Below are positions 22,559 to 33,887 of a stretch of 64,000 bases of DNA, in pieces. Made by a program: the position numbers and the translations under genes. The notes under the pieces were generated by a model that made no database searches, was not told the DNA's origin, and saw only the letters and a program-made list of their open reading frames with translations. The DNA is from Rhodosorus marinus CCMP1338 (taxonomy: Eukaryota > Plantae > Rhodophyta): contig JAMWBK010000003.1 of assembly GCA_029953675.1 (NCBI GenBank), forward strand, positions 62,001 through 126,000, read 5' to 3'. How positions within the stretch are numbered: position 1 is the stretch's first letter; each line of letters begins with the position of its first letter.

Positions 22559-23247
22559 CCGGCGGATTGATTTTTCTGTGTGTTGGGGGCCGTAAGCCTC
22601 TTGAGTGTACGGATCCGGATTCTTAGGAGAGAATCTAGCTTTGGATGGACAAAGACGATAGGCGAATTTTCAGATTGGCCAACTGCGTTGATGATCATCA
22701 ACTAATGAACGAGCACAAGACAATTTTAGAGGGATATCGCCGAGGCGCGTCATGCGCTGAGAATTAGATGGAGGGGAGCAGACAAGGGGGGGGGGTTCAT
22801 GTGAGTATTATTGCGCGATAGCTGCTTGGCGGTGCTGCGACATTGACACATTAAGGGTGGGGCCCTCCCGGTCGGTTTTTGTTTTGAGATGTACATCCAC
22901 AACGTGAGAAGTGATTGGCGCCGGTGTTGGTTTCGCGAGGCTCAAGCGCCTTGCCGTCGAACAAGAAAAAAGTGTTTATTTTTTTATATTCGCCCTCATA
23001 GCCAGTCAAACTCGAGGCGGATAGAATGAATGAAGAATGAATCTGTAATCTGTTTATTCGGAGACTCAATGGGTTTCAGTCTATTGAGTTTGGCGAGTAT
23101 ATGTAAAGCGTCCGTATGTACTGGGAGGTAGCGTGTGCTCGTGCAGTGCAAGCAAGGCGGATTACAAGCTGTGGACTGAACGTGTCGGGCAGAACATTAA
23201 TCGATTACGCGATTGAGATGTCTGCGTCTGCCTTTGTCTTTGGAAAC

Positions 23248-26200
23248 ATGCACCGATTCGCAGCGTTCGTGCTGATGAGCATGGTCGTTTTAAAGCTTAC
23301 CGCGGGTGCCACGACATGTGACGCAGACCCTAAAAAGGGTTTGTTTGGTTACGAGGGTGCGTGCTTTGCTCTTCTCGATGGTGATGGTGTTAAACACGGG
23401 GAGGTCTGTACCTCCACTGTTCTTAGAACAAAGGGAATGTGCCTTCGCGCCAAGTTCACCGTCGAGAACACGGATTCATCATTATTGAAGCTGAGGGGAG
23501 GGCTCCACAAGAAAGGAGACCCCGTCACGAGAAAATGGTCGAGGTATACCCGCAAGCGAACTGTGGCCAGCCTGAATTCACCGTATCTTCCCAATGCCAG
23601 CCTTGCCTTCTGTCCGAGCCAAATCTCCGTGCTAGAGATACCATGCTGCGGATCGGATCTCGAATTCCTCGGATTTGCGGTGATTTCTGTGCCCGGACCT
23701 GACTCAGATTCTGACCGAATGCAAGTAAAGGCATATGTCAGTCCTCAAACGACCACTGCTGAAGACATCTGCCGCGAAAGGAAATCAGGAGGAGGCCGAG
23801 ATGAGTTTCTCTGCACTTTGAAGCTGACCTGTGATAGTTGCCCTAAGAGTGCATGCAGTGACAGCGGCATGTGCGTTAGTCTGGGGAATTACGCGTGCGG
23901 TGACCTGGAGGTAAAACCAAAGTCTCCGTTCGCTTTCACCAATGCGGGCACCCTCTGATAAAAATATGATTGGACTCACTTGTTTCTTCAGGAAGTGTTT
24001 ACGGATCCCGATACTGGTGCTTGTGGATGTAGATGCGACCCCAGCAAAAATGATGTATGCGTTGATGGGAATAACAGCTGCGTAGAGCTTTCAGACTTTG
24101 AATCACACTCATGTAGTTCCTCCGAGGCATGCCCGCACAAAACTCGTCACACACGAGGAAGTACATGAACTAAACGTTTACATCATCCTCTCAGGTTGGC
24201 GGCATAGACCCATCTGACAATTCTTGTCAGTGTGAAGAGGTGACGTGCGAAGAGAACGAATGCTTTGACCCAATCCAGGGATGCCTTAGTCTCGAATCCT
24301 CTGCGTTTTGCGATGCGGTAAGCGACACTGATCCTCGACTGGACTCTTTTGGCGGGTGCACTCCTCGCTGAACAAACATTCCCCGCCTTACGATGATTTT
24401 TGTGTAGCTGGCGCCAGGTTCACTTTTGTACAAGGACGACGATGGCAATTGTTCCTGCTGTCCACAAGGCTCATGTGTCTCTGTTGGTTCGAATGCAGGC
24501 GATTCGGATGCGGGCGGTATCAAGTGTATTACTGAAGCTGATTTCGGATTGGATTGTATGTTTTCCGTAAGTACCTTCGAGCAACATCATTCTCCCTTTC
24601 TTCTCCATTGGACGGTCATGGCGTGGGCGTGTCTGGGGTATCTCAGATGGTTGCTGAAAGGTCTGACCTGCTGAACTCGTTTGGTGGTTCCTCTTAACAC
24701 AGTCCGCTATTACCGACTCTGAAGGGCTATGTCAGTGTTGTACTGCGCATCCCGACCACTGCTTCGACACTGATCAACAACGGTGTGTGGGAGTTGTGGA
24801 GAGGAAAGTAGTTTGTGATGCTGAAGCCGCAGCCGATCCGTTCGGGCGTCAGGTGAGACTGCCTTTGACAAATTCCATTCACTCAACTTCGGAAATCAAT
24901 TCGTGAATTTCGCAGTTGAAAATCTGCGAATATTCCTGGGCGGTCTTCTCGATTTCCTTCCCCGAATCCTCCAACCTGTGCCCCATGGAGGACTGGGACT
25001 CACATAACACTGTTTGCGCCTTACCTCTATTTCAGTTCGAGCCTGCCAAGAACGCCGGAGCCTGCGAGTGTTGCTCAGGTGTTGGACAGAATGGGAATTC
25101 TTGCGTCGATGCTGATCAACAATGCGTCTCACGCCAAGCTTTTTCGAGCACCAACTGCAACGGACTTTTTCCACACACCGACGCGTCCGGCAACTGTGGA
25201 TGCTGCAGAACTTCGGTTGGCGAGGACCAGTGCATCACTTTCGGGCAATGCTTCGACAATGACAAGTTTGCTGCCGAGTTTTGCAGTTCAGGATTCGCTG
25301 AGCCGGACGAGAATGGGTTTTGCCATTGCGTTTCTAGATGCCCAGTCGATCAATGCGTGGACGATAGTGACACCTGCGTGTCAGTGTCATCAGATAGCGC
25401 AAAAGCGACCTGCGCAAGCTCGCCGAAAATCCCGCAACACTTCGTAAGTTTTAGACCATTCATTATGCTCAAAATCCATGTACTTCAAACTGACCGCGAA
25501 ATCCACTCTTGTGCCGTTTCCAGGTTGCAGTAAAGAATGAAAACACGGAAAGATGTGAGTGCTGCGGGGCGGACCCTAGCAACTGTGTGAACTTGGACGG
25601 TGGAATAGATAATGCAACCTGTGTCAGCACTTCAGCGTACTCGTCAACTACGTGCAGCAGCTCTGAGGTGAGAATACTGAGCAAAAATTTGTTTTTTTGT
25701 CTGGCCCGATTGTCCATGCACCCTTCTCATTCAGGTGTTCCGTGAACCTGCTGTTTTTGGTGAAAGCAGGTAGTATTCACTGACGGTGGTCAATGCGGTT
25801 GTTGTAAAGTTGCTGGTGATTCCGCTGACTCTTGTTTCCTGCCTGGCGAGACTGGTTCATCAAGGCAGTGTACCAAGTTGGCGGACTTCAAAAGTCCGAG
25901 CTGCGGGAATCCCTACGCGGATGTACAACAAAATTATGAATGCCGCTGTTGTGATTCCGTTGATAATTGCGTCACGCCGAATGGTGAATGTCAGCCAATT
26001 GCGTCCGGCAGCGCAGTGTTCCTCACCTGTCCCGGTTTTTCGGTAAGGAAGACAACACAGAGAAATGAAAAGGGTTCTTGAATCGTGCGGTCCTTTCTTG
26101 AGAGCTAACTGCGAACGGAATCACGTTTTCCATGTACCCTTATACGCAAACAGCAAGGTATCGTGTTCTTAGATGAAGATGAGCCAGGAAAGTGTCAGTG

Positions 26201-26836
26201 TTGCGGGGACCACGAGAACACCTGCATTAATTTCAGGACCAACTCCTGTGATACTCTTGATAGGTTTGCCAAATTGTTTTGCCACCCCGACGCGGTATGT
26301 CTTTCCTCTTGTATAGGAAAAAATTTCCTACGCATATCAATCAATCCTCATACGTATCTGACCTCTTCCATCTCCTTCCTCTAATCACCTACTGTATCCA
26401 CGACACAGATACCTTTCATTGCGAAGAGCACTGGAGCTTGCTCGTGTCTCGATTGTCCTGAAGACCATTGCATGGAACCAGCGACCGGTACATGTCAAAC
26501 GTGCCTGTGGCGTAAATACATAACCACGCAACAGACACCTCACGTTCTAACGGCCACTGGAGATTGCTGGTGTGTCGGTTGTCCTGAAGACCATTGCATT
26601 GAACCAGTGGCCGGTACATGTGAAAGGCTTGAGGACTGGGGAAATAATAATGCATGCGCTGTAAGTGTAGAGCAGATGAGCTCCCTTCTCGACGGCAACC
26701 GTATCAATTACGGGGGAAATTGCCCCTACCTTGGTTTTCGCTCATCTGATCATCTGACCATTCTGTTGTTCTTCTGCATCAGACTGTGAGGTTAGATGCG
26801 CATGGTCAGTGTACTTGCGCCCTCGGACCGATCTGA
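23248..26836 (+). CDS. Secreted cysteine-rich modular protein, ~830 aa, 11 predicted exons
   Basis: Signal peptide MHRFAAFVLMSMVVLKLTAG. Exons: 23248-23910, 23992-24126, 24195-24317, 24408-24566, 24703-24852, 25036 (or 24916)-25443, 25524-25667, 25770-26042, 26154-26294, 26409-26660, 26783-26836. All lengths are multiples of 3 with AG/GT boundaries (one GC donor). Confidence 0.75.
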
Positions 26837-27038
26837 CGATCGCAAAGCACATGGCAGAGAATCAGTTGGCAAAGCGATCGGAAACGGTCCATCTCTGGTC
26901 CATCTCTGCACCCGCGCGGGGATTCGCAGCCTTCGCTCTTTGCCTATCCTAGCTTGCAACAATAAATAATGCAAATTTCATCTTCAAAACAAGTAGTGGT
27001 TACCTTTGTAGAATGCAACCCTTCAACTTAATTGGCAA

Positions 27039-27907
27039 TACGAACGAATGGTTTAATCGGAGGCTGAAAAAAAAAACCCCGAGGGGAAAAAAAGACTAAG
27101 CGCGGCGAAGTACTCGCGCCTCCAACATCAAAGCGGCATTCATGCGCCACAGCAGGAAACTTAAGCGGGTAAACAACGATTGAAGACGGTCAGGGCGTTC
27201 GCGGAACAACTCCCGAAGCCAGCGAGAACCAACAGAGTCCATGAACCCAAAGCACTCAATGATCAGGGGTACCAAGCGATGTGCTAGTGCCGAAGCACGA
27301 ACACCAGGGGAAGACAAAGCCCCCGCGTATTTGATCTCTTTGCGGCGTCTCATGCTGGCGGCGGCAGATCCACGGCGCTCCCCCGCAGCCGGGAGATAAC
27401 GACTAGCTTGAGGGTTAGGAACAGCAAGATCAACGTATGTGGTACGGCGGCTGTCGTCACAGGTGATCACCAGGTCGGCTACACGGCGTTCATCATTTTG
27501 AAAGTCCGCGACGGGTAAAGGTTTCTCACGTTCGATTTCCAGACCGGCTTGCCGGACTATAGGCCGAAGTTCCCGGTATAACAGGTTCAAGATCCGTGTA
27601 TGGCGGCGGGTTCGAGCACCTTTCACCGCCGGGCAACTAGCGAGCAGGTGGGCGCCAAAATCTGCGTTGTCGTCAGTCTGAGAGCAGAGAGGGCACGACG
27701 AACCCATCTCGTACGGCCAAGGGGGCTGATGTAAGCCGAGGTATAAGCGCAGTGAAGTACGCACTTCGAAATCCGACAGTGTGAGTGGCGGAAAGGCTGG
27801 TACGGTCATGAGCCACTGAGAGCTAATAACCCCTCCAAGACTACGTAGGCGGGCGCGAGCGCGGGAAGATGAGACCATCTGCGCGAGGAGTCGGCCATAT
27901 GCAGCAC
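27039..27907 (-). mobile_element. Family 2 5'-truncated copy
   Basis: Near-identical to 19840-20712, with the same 3' terminus. Confidence 0.92.
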
Positions 27908-27914
27908 ATTGGCA

Positions 27915-28195
27915 ATAAGCGCAGTCGCGCATGTTAAGAACGTAGGCTTATGCTCTGCGCAAGACGTAAAAGGAAACTAGGGACTAGGGAGACGAGCATG
28001 TAAAATCCCAGGCGGCGGATGCGAGCCTCGGCGAGCATGTTGCTAGAATACCGCCATAGAGCAACAATTAAACGGCGCAGGAGCACCAGATATTCCTCAG
28101 GATGCTCGATAACTCCAGCCACTCCAAGCTTGATTTTTTGAGGTGCCCAAAGCTTTCCACAATGAAAGGCTGGAGCCTGTGAGACCGGCCCTGTC
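27915..28195 (-). mobile_element. 3' end of a third family 1-like subfamily
   Basis: EHPEEYLVLLRRLIVALWRYSSNMLAEARIRRLG and FQPFIVESFG coding sequence. Confidence 0.75.
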
Positions 28196-28201
28196 TGGGG
28201 T

Positions 28202-29157
28202 TAGACTTGGCTATGGAAGCGACAACGCGGACTCACCGACGCTCTGTGGCTGGCGATCTTCCAGGGGACGAAACCGGCACCTCTCGCCTGACTCTCCAAG
28301 CAGCTACAGGAGTCCAACAGGGAGATCCACTGGGGCCGGTGCTACACGCACTATCCCTGGCGCCCTTTCTAAGAGCGTTGCGAGCCAAGTTCCCAACGAA
28401 ACGATTGTTGCTATCCACGACGATATCATGATATTCGGGCCGCTACAAGCCTTGAAGGCATCCCTGGCATGGGGAAAAACTGTGCTCCCCTCTCTTGGAG
28501 CACGTCTGCAACTCGGCAAGTGCACTGTGTACGGGCGAACACTAACTACCACGCGAGTGGTCAACCATGAGATTCCTGGAGTCCAAGTGACCAGAGACGG
28601 AGTCACCATCCACTCGATACCGATAGGCAGCCGAGAATATGTCGAACAGGAGTGCCGGGGGCTGCAAAATAAGCATGAGAAACTCTTTGAGGAAATTGCC
28701 AAGCTCCCACAACCGGACATATTCTCGGCTGCCTATCGGTATCGAGTGGATGGTGACTCCGTCTCTGGTCACTTGGACTCCAGGAATCTCATGGTTGACC
28801 ACTTGCATGGTAGTCAGTGTTCGCCCGTACACAGTGCACTTGCCGAGTTGCAGACGTGCTCCAAGAGAGGGGAGCACAGTTTTTCCCCATGCCAGGGATG
28901 CCTTCAAGGCTTGTAGCGGCCCGAATATCATGATATCGTCGTGGATAGCAACAATCGTTTCGTTGGGAACTTGGCTCGCAACGCTCTTAGAAAGGGCGCC
29001 AGGGATAGTGCGTGTAGCACCGGCCCCAGTGGATCTCCCTGTTGGACTCCTGTAGCTGCTTGGAGAGTCAGGCGAGAGGTGCCGGTTTCGTCCCCTGGAA
29101 GATCGCCAGCCACAGAGCGTCGGTGAGTCCGCGTTGTCGCTTCCATAGCCAAGTCTA
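28202..29157. repeat. 442 bp inverted repeat with a 72 nt loop (arms 28202-28643 and 28716-29157) made from family 3 RT sequence
   Basis: The arms are reverse complements with a few substitutions. The ORF track shows the same peptide on both strands. Confidence 0.9.
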
Positions 29158-31885
29158 TACACCGGTGCAAGCTCCGGGAAGTGCTCGTCCACCAGTTGCT
29201 TGGCGAGGCGTCGGTCGATGCGATTAAAGGCATTCTCCAGGTCTAGCCGAAGGACCACCGAATCGGGTTCGCATAACAAATGGGCCTGGATCGCGTGAAG
29301 TGAGCGTTCGCACCCGCCACTTACTCCAATACCCAGTTTTAAGGGCACCAGGAGCTCACGCACCCTGTCCATAACCGCTTGAAGAGTCCATTGCGTTGCT
29401 ACCTTGCGCAAAACTTCTGGTACTCCGATAGGGCGAACTCCGGGATGTTCCTGCGGCACTGAACCCTTGTTAGGCTTCGCGAACGGCAGGAGTCGACTGC
29501 TGCGAAGGGCGCGGGTCAGAGCCGGGGAAAATTTCTCCGGAGCGGTCGCCAGTTGTCGCAATACACGAATCAACGCCACTTGCGTCTGTTGAGTTGCACC
29601 TTGGAGGTGTTCTGCGCGGAGACCGCTAGGTCCTGGGCTCTTGCCCTGAGGAAGACGTGCCACGATCGACATGAGGCCTTCGTCGGCTGCTTTTCTTGAA
29701 TCCCACCGCCGCTTAAGTGTTTCGGTATTCAGAGCGAGCAAAGATTCCAGGGCTTTTGCAATCTCGTCTGGTAAGTCACCTTCCGCCGGGTCGGGAAAGA
29801 GCGCTTGTAGTTGTCTCCACGTAGCCGCGGTAAAAGGTGCCATTTCGGTGGCCTGTAGGCTCCGAGCTGCGCCTGAAGGGCGGCCAAGGTGTGCTAGTTT
29901 CAACGCTCGCTTGTGGCGCCCGAGATGCTGGCGTCGAACCGCTTCAGCTCCTTGGGCAGTAGTATGCGACAGCATAGACGCCTTGTCCTCTAGAGCGCTC
30001 CAGACCGTAGAGAATTCTCCTTCAAGCACGTGCGATACCTGAATGCCAACATCAAGTGCAGAGTGTCCAAGGACAAGGCCTGGAAGTCCGACAAGAAGCA
30101 GGCTGGCGTTTGTTGGTGCGGTGCTCTCCATAGAGAGCTGTAATGCAGCACGGAAGAGGCAGCTCCATGTATGGACCTGGCCGCGTGGCACAAATCGCCG
30201 TGTGGGAACCGGGCAGTGTGTAAGGCGCGTCCACTGCCTGCCTCCTTCCGTGACGTCGTCGACGAAGAAGACGCTCCACCGTCTGATCCAGTCTTGACGA
30301 TCCGAGAAGAACAAAGGCTCGTCGCGGCGTCGTTTGATTCCCGAACGTCTGCTCGGCATTATTGCGCTGGGTTTTCCTGGCTCTCCTGCGTGTCCATCGC
30401 GTGATGGTTGCCGTCAAGGGCAACCTGTGTCACAGTGGTATCCTGTGGAGTCTCCACGGATGCCGGAGTCATCTCAGTATCCGGTGCCGTGTCATCGGCG
30501 GATACTCGCGAGCGCTTCTGTTGAGGTGGCTCCGGAAGGTTGCAGAGGAGCTCCGCATGGGGATTGTCCTCGTGTGCTGCGTTCTCAGGTACTTGGGAAG
30601 TCGCGCTGGTCTCAACCGGGGCGTAGTTGACGCGGCAGCCCGTGGGACAGTTGGTCCCACGGTCTGCCTGTACATCCCCTGGAAAGGGCGAGGCTTCAGG
30701 GTCTGCGTTCGAAGCGGCTGCAGGTCCAGGGGGTTCCGCGCACTCCCCAGGTACCTCAGGCGGATGTTTTCTGGCTTTTAGGAGCTCTAGTCGTCCCTTC
30801 AGATACTCGTAGAGCGCTGCGAGAGTGTGGAAGGAGAGTTGTCGCCTGCGGATCCTCGAACGAATGCGGATAAGCTGCTCGATGGCCCGCTTCAGCGTGT
30901 GGGCAGCGATATCCCCGGGAGCGATGGTCTGACGTTCGAGGTAACCCAGAAGGTTGTCTGGGTCCAGCGCCTGGCCAGTGTAAAGGCTTAATTGTCGGTC
31001 GGCGTGTCGTTGTGTGAAGGATCCGAAAATCCCAGTCCGGAAAACTCCTCGGGAGATGGCACTTTGGAGAATCGGAATTGCGTCTGGATGGCACAGCAGG
31101 CAGGCATGGGAGGCAATAAAGTCCACATGCGCCACATAAGAGCTGGGCATACCCAGTGCTCTGCAAAGAACCGTTGCAAAGTCCGCAGGGGCCACCTCAT
31201 CCAGCCTTGTAGAGCCCTCCCCGATGGCTGGGAATGCCTCCGCATAGTGTCCTAGATCCCGGACACCAGTCCCTCCCTGGGGTGCAGGGAGCCGGGTTCC
31301 TAAATCATGGACGTCATAACTTCCTGGCAGTCGACCGTTACGGTAACGAGTTTCGGGGCTGAGGTGGTTGCCTACGGCCTGTCGCGGGAGATCATGCGGA
31401 GATGGTGCAGAATTCGTAGTAGCGGCTCCACCTTCCCACATACCCGGTTTCCGGGACAACTCCGTAAGGCGTCCGGTGACGCCTTGCAGCTCTTGCGAGC
31501 TGTTGACCCGCGAGTACAGTTGAAAAACTGCTTTGTAGAAGTCTGTAATTTCGGACGCAGCGATGCCCTGATCCTGGTAGCATCTGTCGAAGCTACGCAG
31601 TTGATGCAAGAATGTGGCTGACGGGTCGGTTGCGGCTGCAGACTCGGTCCGCGTTCTTGCTTGAACATCGCCTGCTTGTGGTGCTGTCGGTGCCTCCTGC
31701 ACGTCGCCATCAGACTGGTGCTGGTGCCTTTGCAAAACTTCCCGGGTGCCCGAGGGGTCCGGGCCCTGAATGACAAGAGGTTCGGGGTACGGCCCGCGTA
31801 CCTCCCTCACAATCATCTTCGGACTCTCTTACGAACTTTTCCTTTTGTCTTCCCCCGTACTACCCCAGACCCCGTAACCGTAAAC
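28716..31885 (-). mobile_element. CRE-like family 3 (ORF1 intact; ORF2 frameshifted and 3'-truncated by the foldback)
   Basis: GKSPGPSGLR, VRPIGVPE, LDLENAFNRI, GVQQGDPLGP, AIHDD. ORF1 is homologous to families 1, 2 and 4. Confidence 0.88.
30359..31816 (-). CDS. Family 3 ORF1, 485 aa, RRM-like core
   Basis: ATG at 31816, open frame. ADFATVLCRALG...AHVDFIASHACLLCHPDA. The stop overlaps the ORF2 start as TAATG. Confidence 0.8.
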   Translation of the reverse strand: MIVREVRGPYPEPLVIQGPDPSGTREVLQRHQHQSDGDVQEAPTAPQAGDVQARTRTESAAATDPSATFLHQLRSFDRCYQDQGIAASEITDFYKAVFQLYSRVNSSQELQGVTGRLTELSRKPGMWEGGAATTNSAPSPHDLPRQAVGNHLSPETRYRNGRLPGSYDVHDLGTRLPAPQGGTGVRDLGHYAEAFPAIGEGSTRLDEVAPADFATVLCRALGMPSSYVAHVDFIASHACLLCHPDAIPILQSAISRGVFRTGIFGSFTQRHADRQLSLYTGQALDPDNLLGYLERQTIAPGDIAAHTLKRAIEQLIRIRSRIRRRQLSFHTLAALYEYLKGRLELLKARKHPPEVPGECAEPPGPAAASNADPEASPFPGDVQADRGTNCPTGCRVNYAPVETSATSQVPENAAHEDNPHAELLCNLPEPPQQKRSRVSADDTAPDTEMTPASVETPQDTTVTQVALDGNHHAMDTQESQENPAQ

Positions 31886-31958
31886 TTTACTGGGCCCTTT
31901 ATATACACATTAGCTGAACTATCTCAGCTTGATTTTTGCACTTTGTTTTATGGTTTTA

Positions 31959-33331
31959 TTAAACTTCAGTAAATTCCCCCCCTAACCCCAATGAGTATAC
32001 CGGAGTCCAGCTGAATACCGTAGTTGTTAAGGCCGCACCTTCAACGGGGTCTACCGTCTCCGCAGCTTGAACCAAGTCTACAGGCTCCGCACCCTGAACG
32101 AAGGCTGCCGGCTCCGCACCCGGAACGAAGGTTGCCGGGCCAGCACTTGGAACGACAGCTGCCGGCTCCGCACCCTGAACGACGGTTGCCGGGCCAGCAC
32201 TCGGAACGAATTTGTGACTGGCAACCTGAACACCCCCCTGAACTTTCTCCGCAAGATGAACTAGGGCTATCGGCTCCGCACCCTGAACGAAGGCTGCCGG
32301 CTCTGCACCCGGAACGAAGGTTGCCGGGCCAGCACTCGGAACGAATTTGTGACCGGCAACCTGAACGCCCCCCTGAACTTTCTCCGCAAGATGAACTAGG
32401 GCTATCGGCTCCGCACCCTGAACGAAGGCTGCCGGCTCCGCACCCGGAACGAAGGTTGCCGGGCCAGCACTCGGAACGACAGCTGCCGGCTCCGCACCCT
32501 GAATGATAGTTGCCGGCTCCGCACCCTGAACGACGGTTGCCGGCTCCGCACCCTGAACGAAGGCTGCCGGCTCTGCACCCTGAACGACGGTTGCCGGGCC
32601 AGCACTCGGAACGAATTTGTGACTGGCAACCTGAACGCCCGCCTGAACTTTCTCCGCACCCTGAACGAAGGCTGCCGGCTCTGCACCCTGAACGACGGTT
32701 GCCGGGCCAGCACTCGGAACGAATTTGTGACTGGCAACCTGAACGCCCGCCTGAACTTTCTCCGCAAGATGAACTTTCTCGATCAACGGAACCGCGGAAC
32801 GAAGGTTGCCGGGCCAGCACTCGGAACGAATTTGTGACCGGCAACCTGAACGCCCCCCTGAACTTTCTCCGCAAGATGAACTAGGGCTATCGGCTCCGCA
32901 CCCTGAACGAAGGCTGCCGGCTCCGCACCCGGAACGAAGGTTGCCGGGCCAGCACTCGGAACGACAGCTGCCGGCTCCGCACCCTGAATGATAGTTGCCG
33001 GCTCCGCACCCTGAACGACGGTTGCCGGCTCCGCACCCTGAACGAAGGCTGCCGGCTCTGCACCCTGAACGACGGTTGCCGGGCCAGCACTCGGAACGAA
33101 TTTGTGACTGGCAACCTGAACGCCCGCCTGAACTTTCTCCGCACCCTGAACGAAGGCTGCCGGCTCTGCACCCTGAACGACGGTTGCCGGGCCAGCACTC
33201 GGAACGAATTTGTGACTGGCAACCTGAACGCCCGCCTGAACTTTCTCCGCAAGATGAACTTTCTCGATCAACGGAACCGCCGTCGTGAACCCTAGCACGG
33301 CGACAAGAACTAATGCGCTCAACTTCATCAT
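31959..33331 (-). CDS. Secreted Ala/Val/Pro/Gly-rich repeat protein (~290 aa without the duplication), interrupted by a 485 bp tandem duplication
   Basis: Signal peptide MMKLSALVLVAVLGFTTA. Repeats VQGAEPAA, VPSAGPAT and VHLAEKVQAGVQVASHKF. GATCAACGGAACCGC occurs at 32781 and 33266. Confidence 0.75.
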
Positions 33332-33715
33332 GTTCAATCCGCTCCCTCTGCAGAACTACACAACTTCGGCCGACCTTCTACAAAATCGTTTACTCCCGTC
33401 GAAATTCAAATCTGAGCTCTTATCACAATCCCCGCTTCTGGCAATGCACGACTTGTCACATATCCCTCGGCCCACACATCCCAATCCTCAGCAGGCATCG
33501 CTTTACTTATAACCCCAGATCACATATCCTCGCAAGACCGTGGACGTTGGTAAGCCGGCATTCCGGTAAGATGGCGAGAGCACCAACGTTAGGCCTATGC
33601 CGTACCCAAGTGAGCTATTTACAATCAGAAAATTCCTTTACGCCGCGTGGAGGTTGCAGTCACTCAGGCCATTGCTATTGGCGTAACGCTACACTTCTAC
33701 ATCAAGGAAACACAG

Positions 33716-33810
33716 ATTGGTTTCCTACCGTGGCTTATGGACGCCGCTGCTTTGATGCTGGAGGCACGCGATCTTCGCCGAACGTAGTCTTTTTTTCCGC
33801 TCGTTTTTTG
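33716..33810 (+). mobile_element. Degenerate family 2-like 3' end
   Basis: Encodes ...AALMLEARDLRRT* followed by a T-rich UTR. Confidence 0.7.
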
Positions 33811-33887
33811 ATTATACAAATTTATTCAATTTTCTGGCGCGATGCATTGTTTTCAATAGACTTATCCCTAGTCTTGCGTCACTATGC

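Noticed and set aside
32024-33288. Cys-rich (CGAGSLRS) and RRLPAPHPE ORFs in other frames
   Set aside because: By-products of a stop-free 24 bp repeat. Only the Ala/Val frame has a signal peptide and a unique C-terminus.
33313-33887. N-terminal ~190 aa of the 854 aa ORF as a novel RT fusion
   Set aside because: It is a chance-open frame through flanking DNA and a degenerate element end; family 2 homology starts only at 33888.
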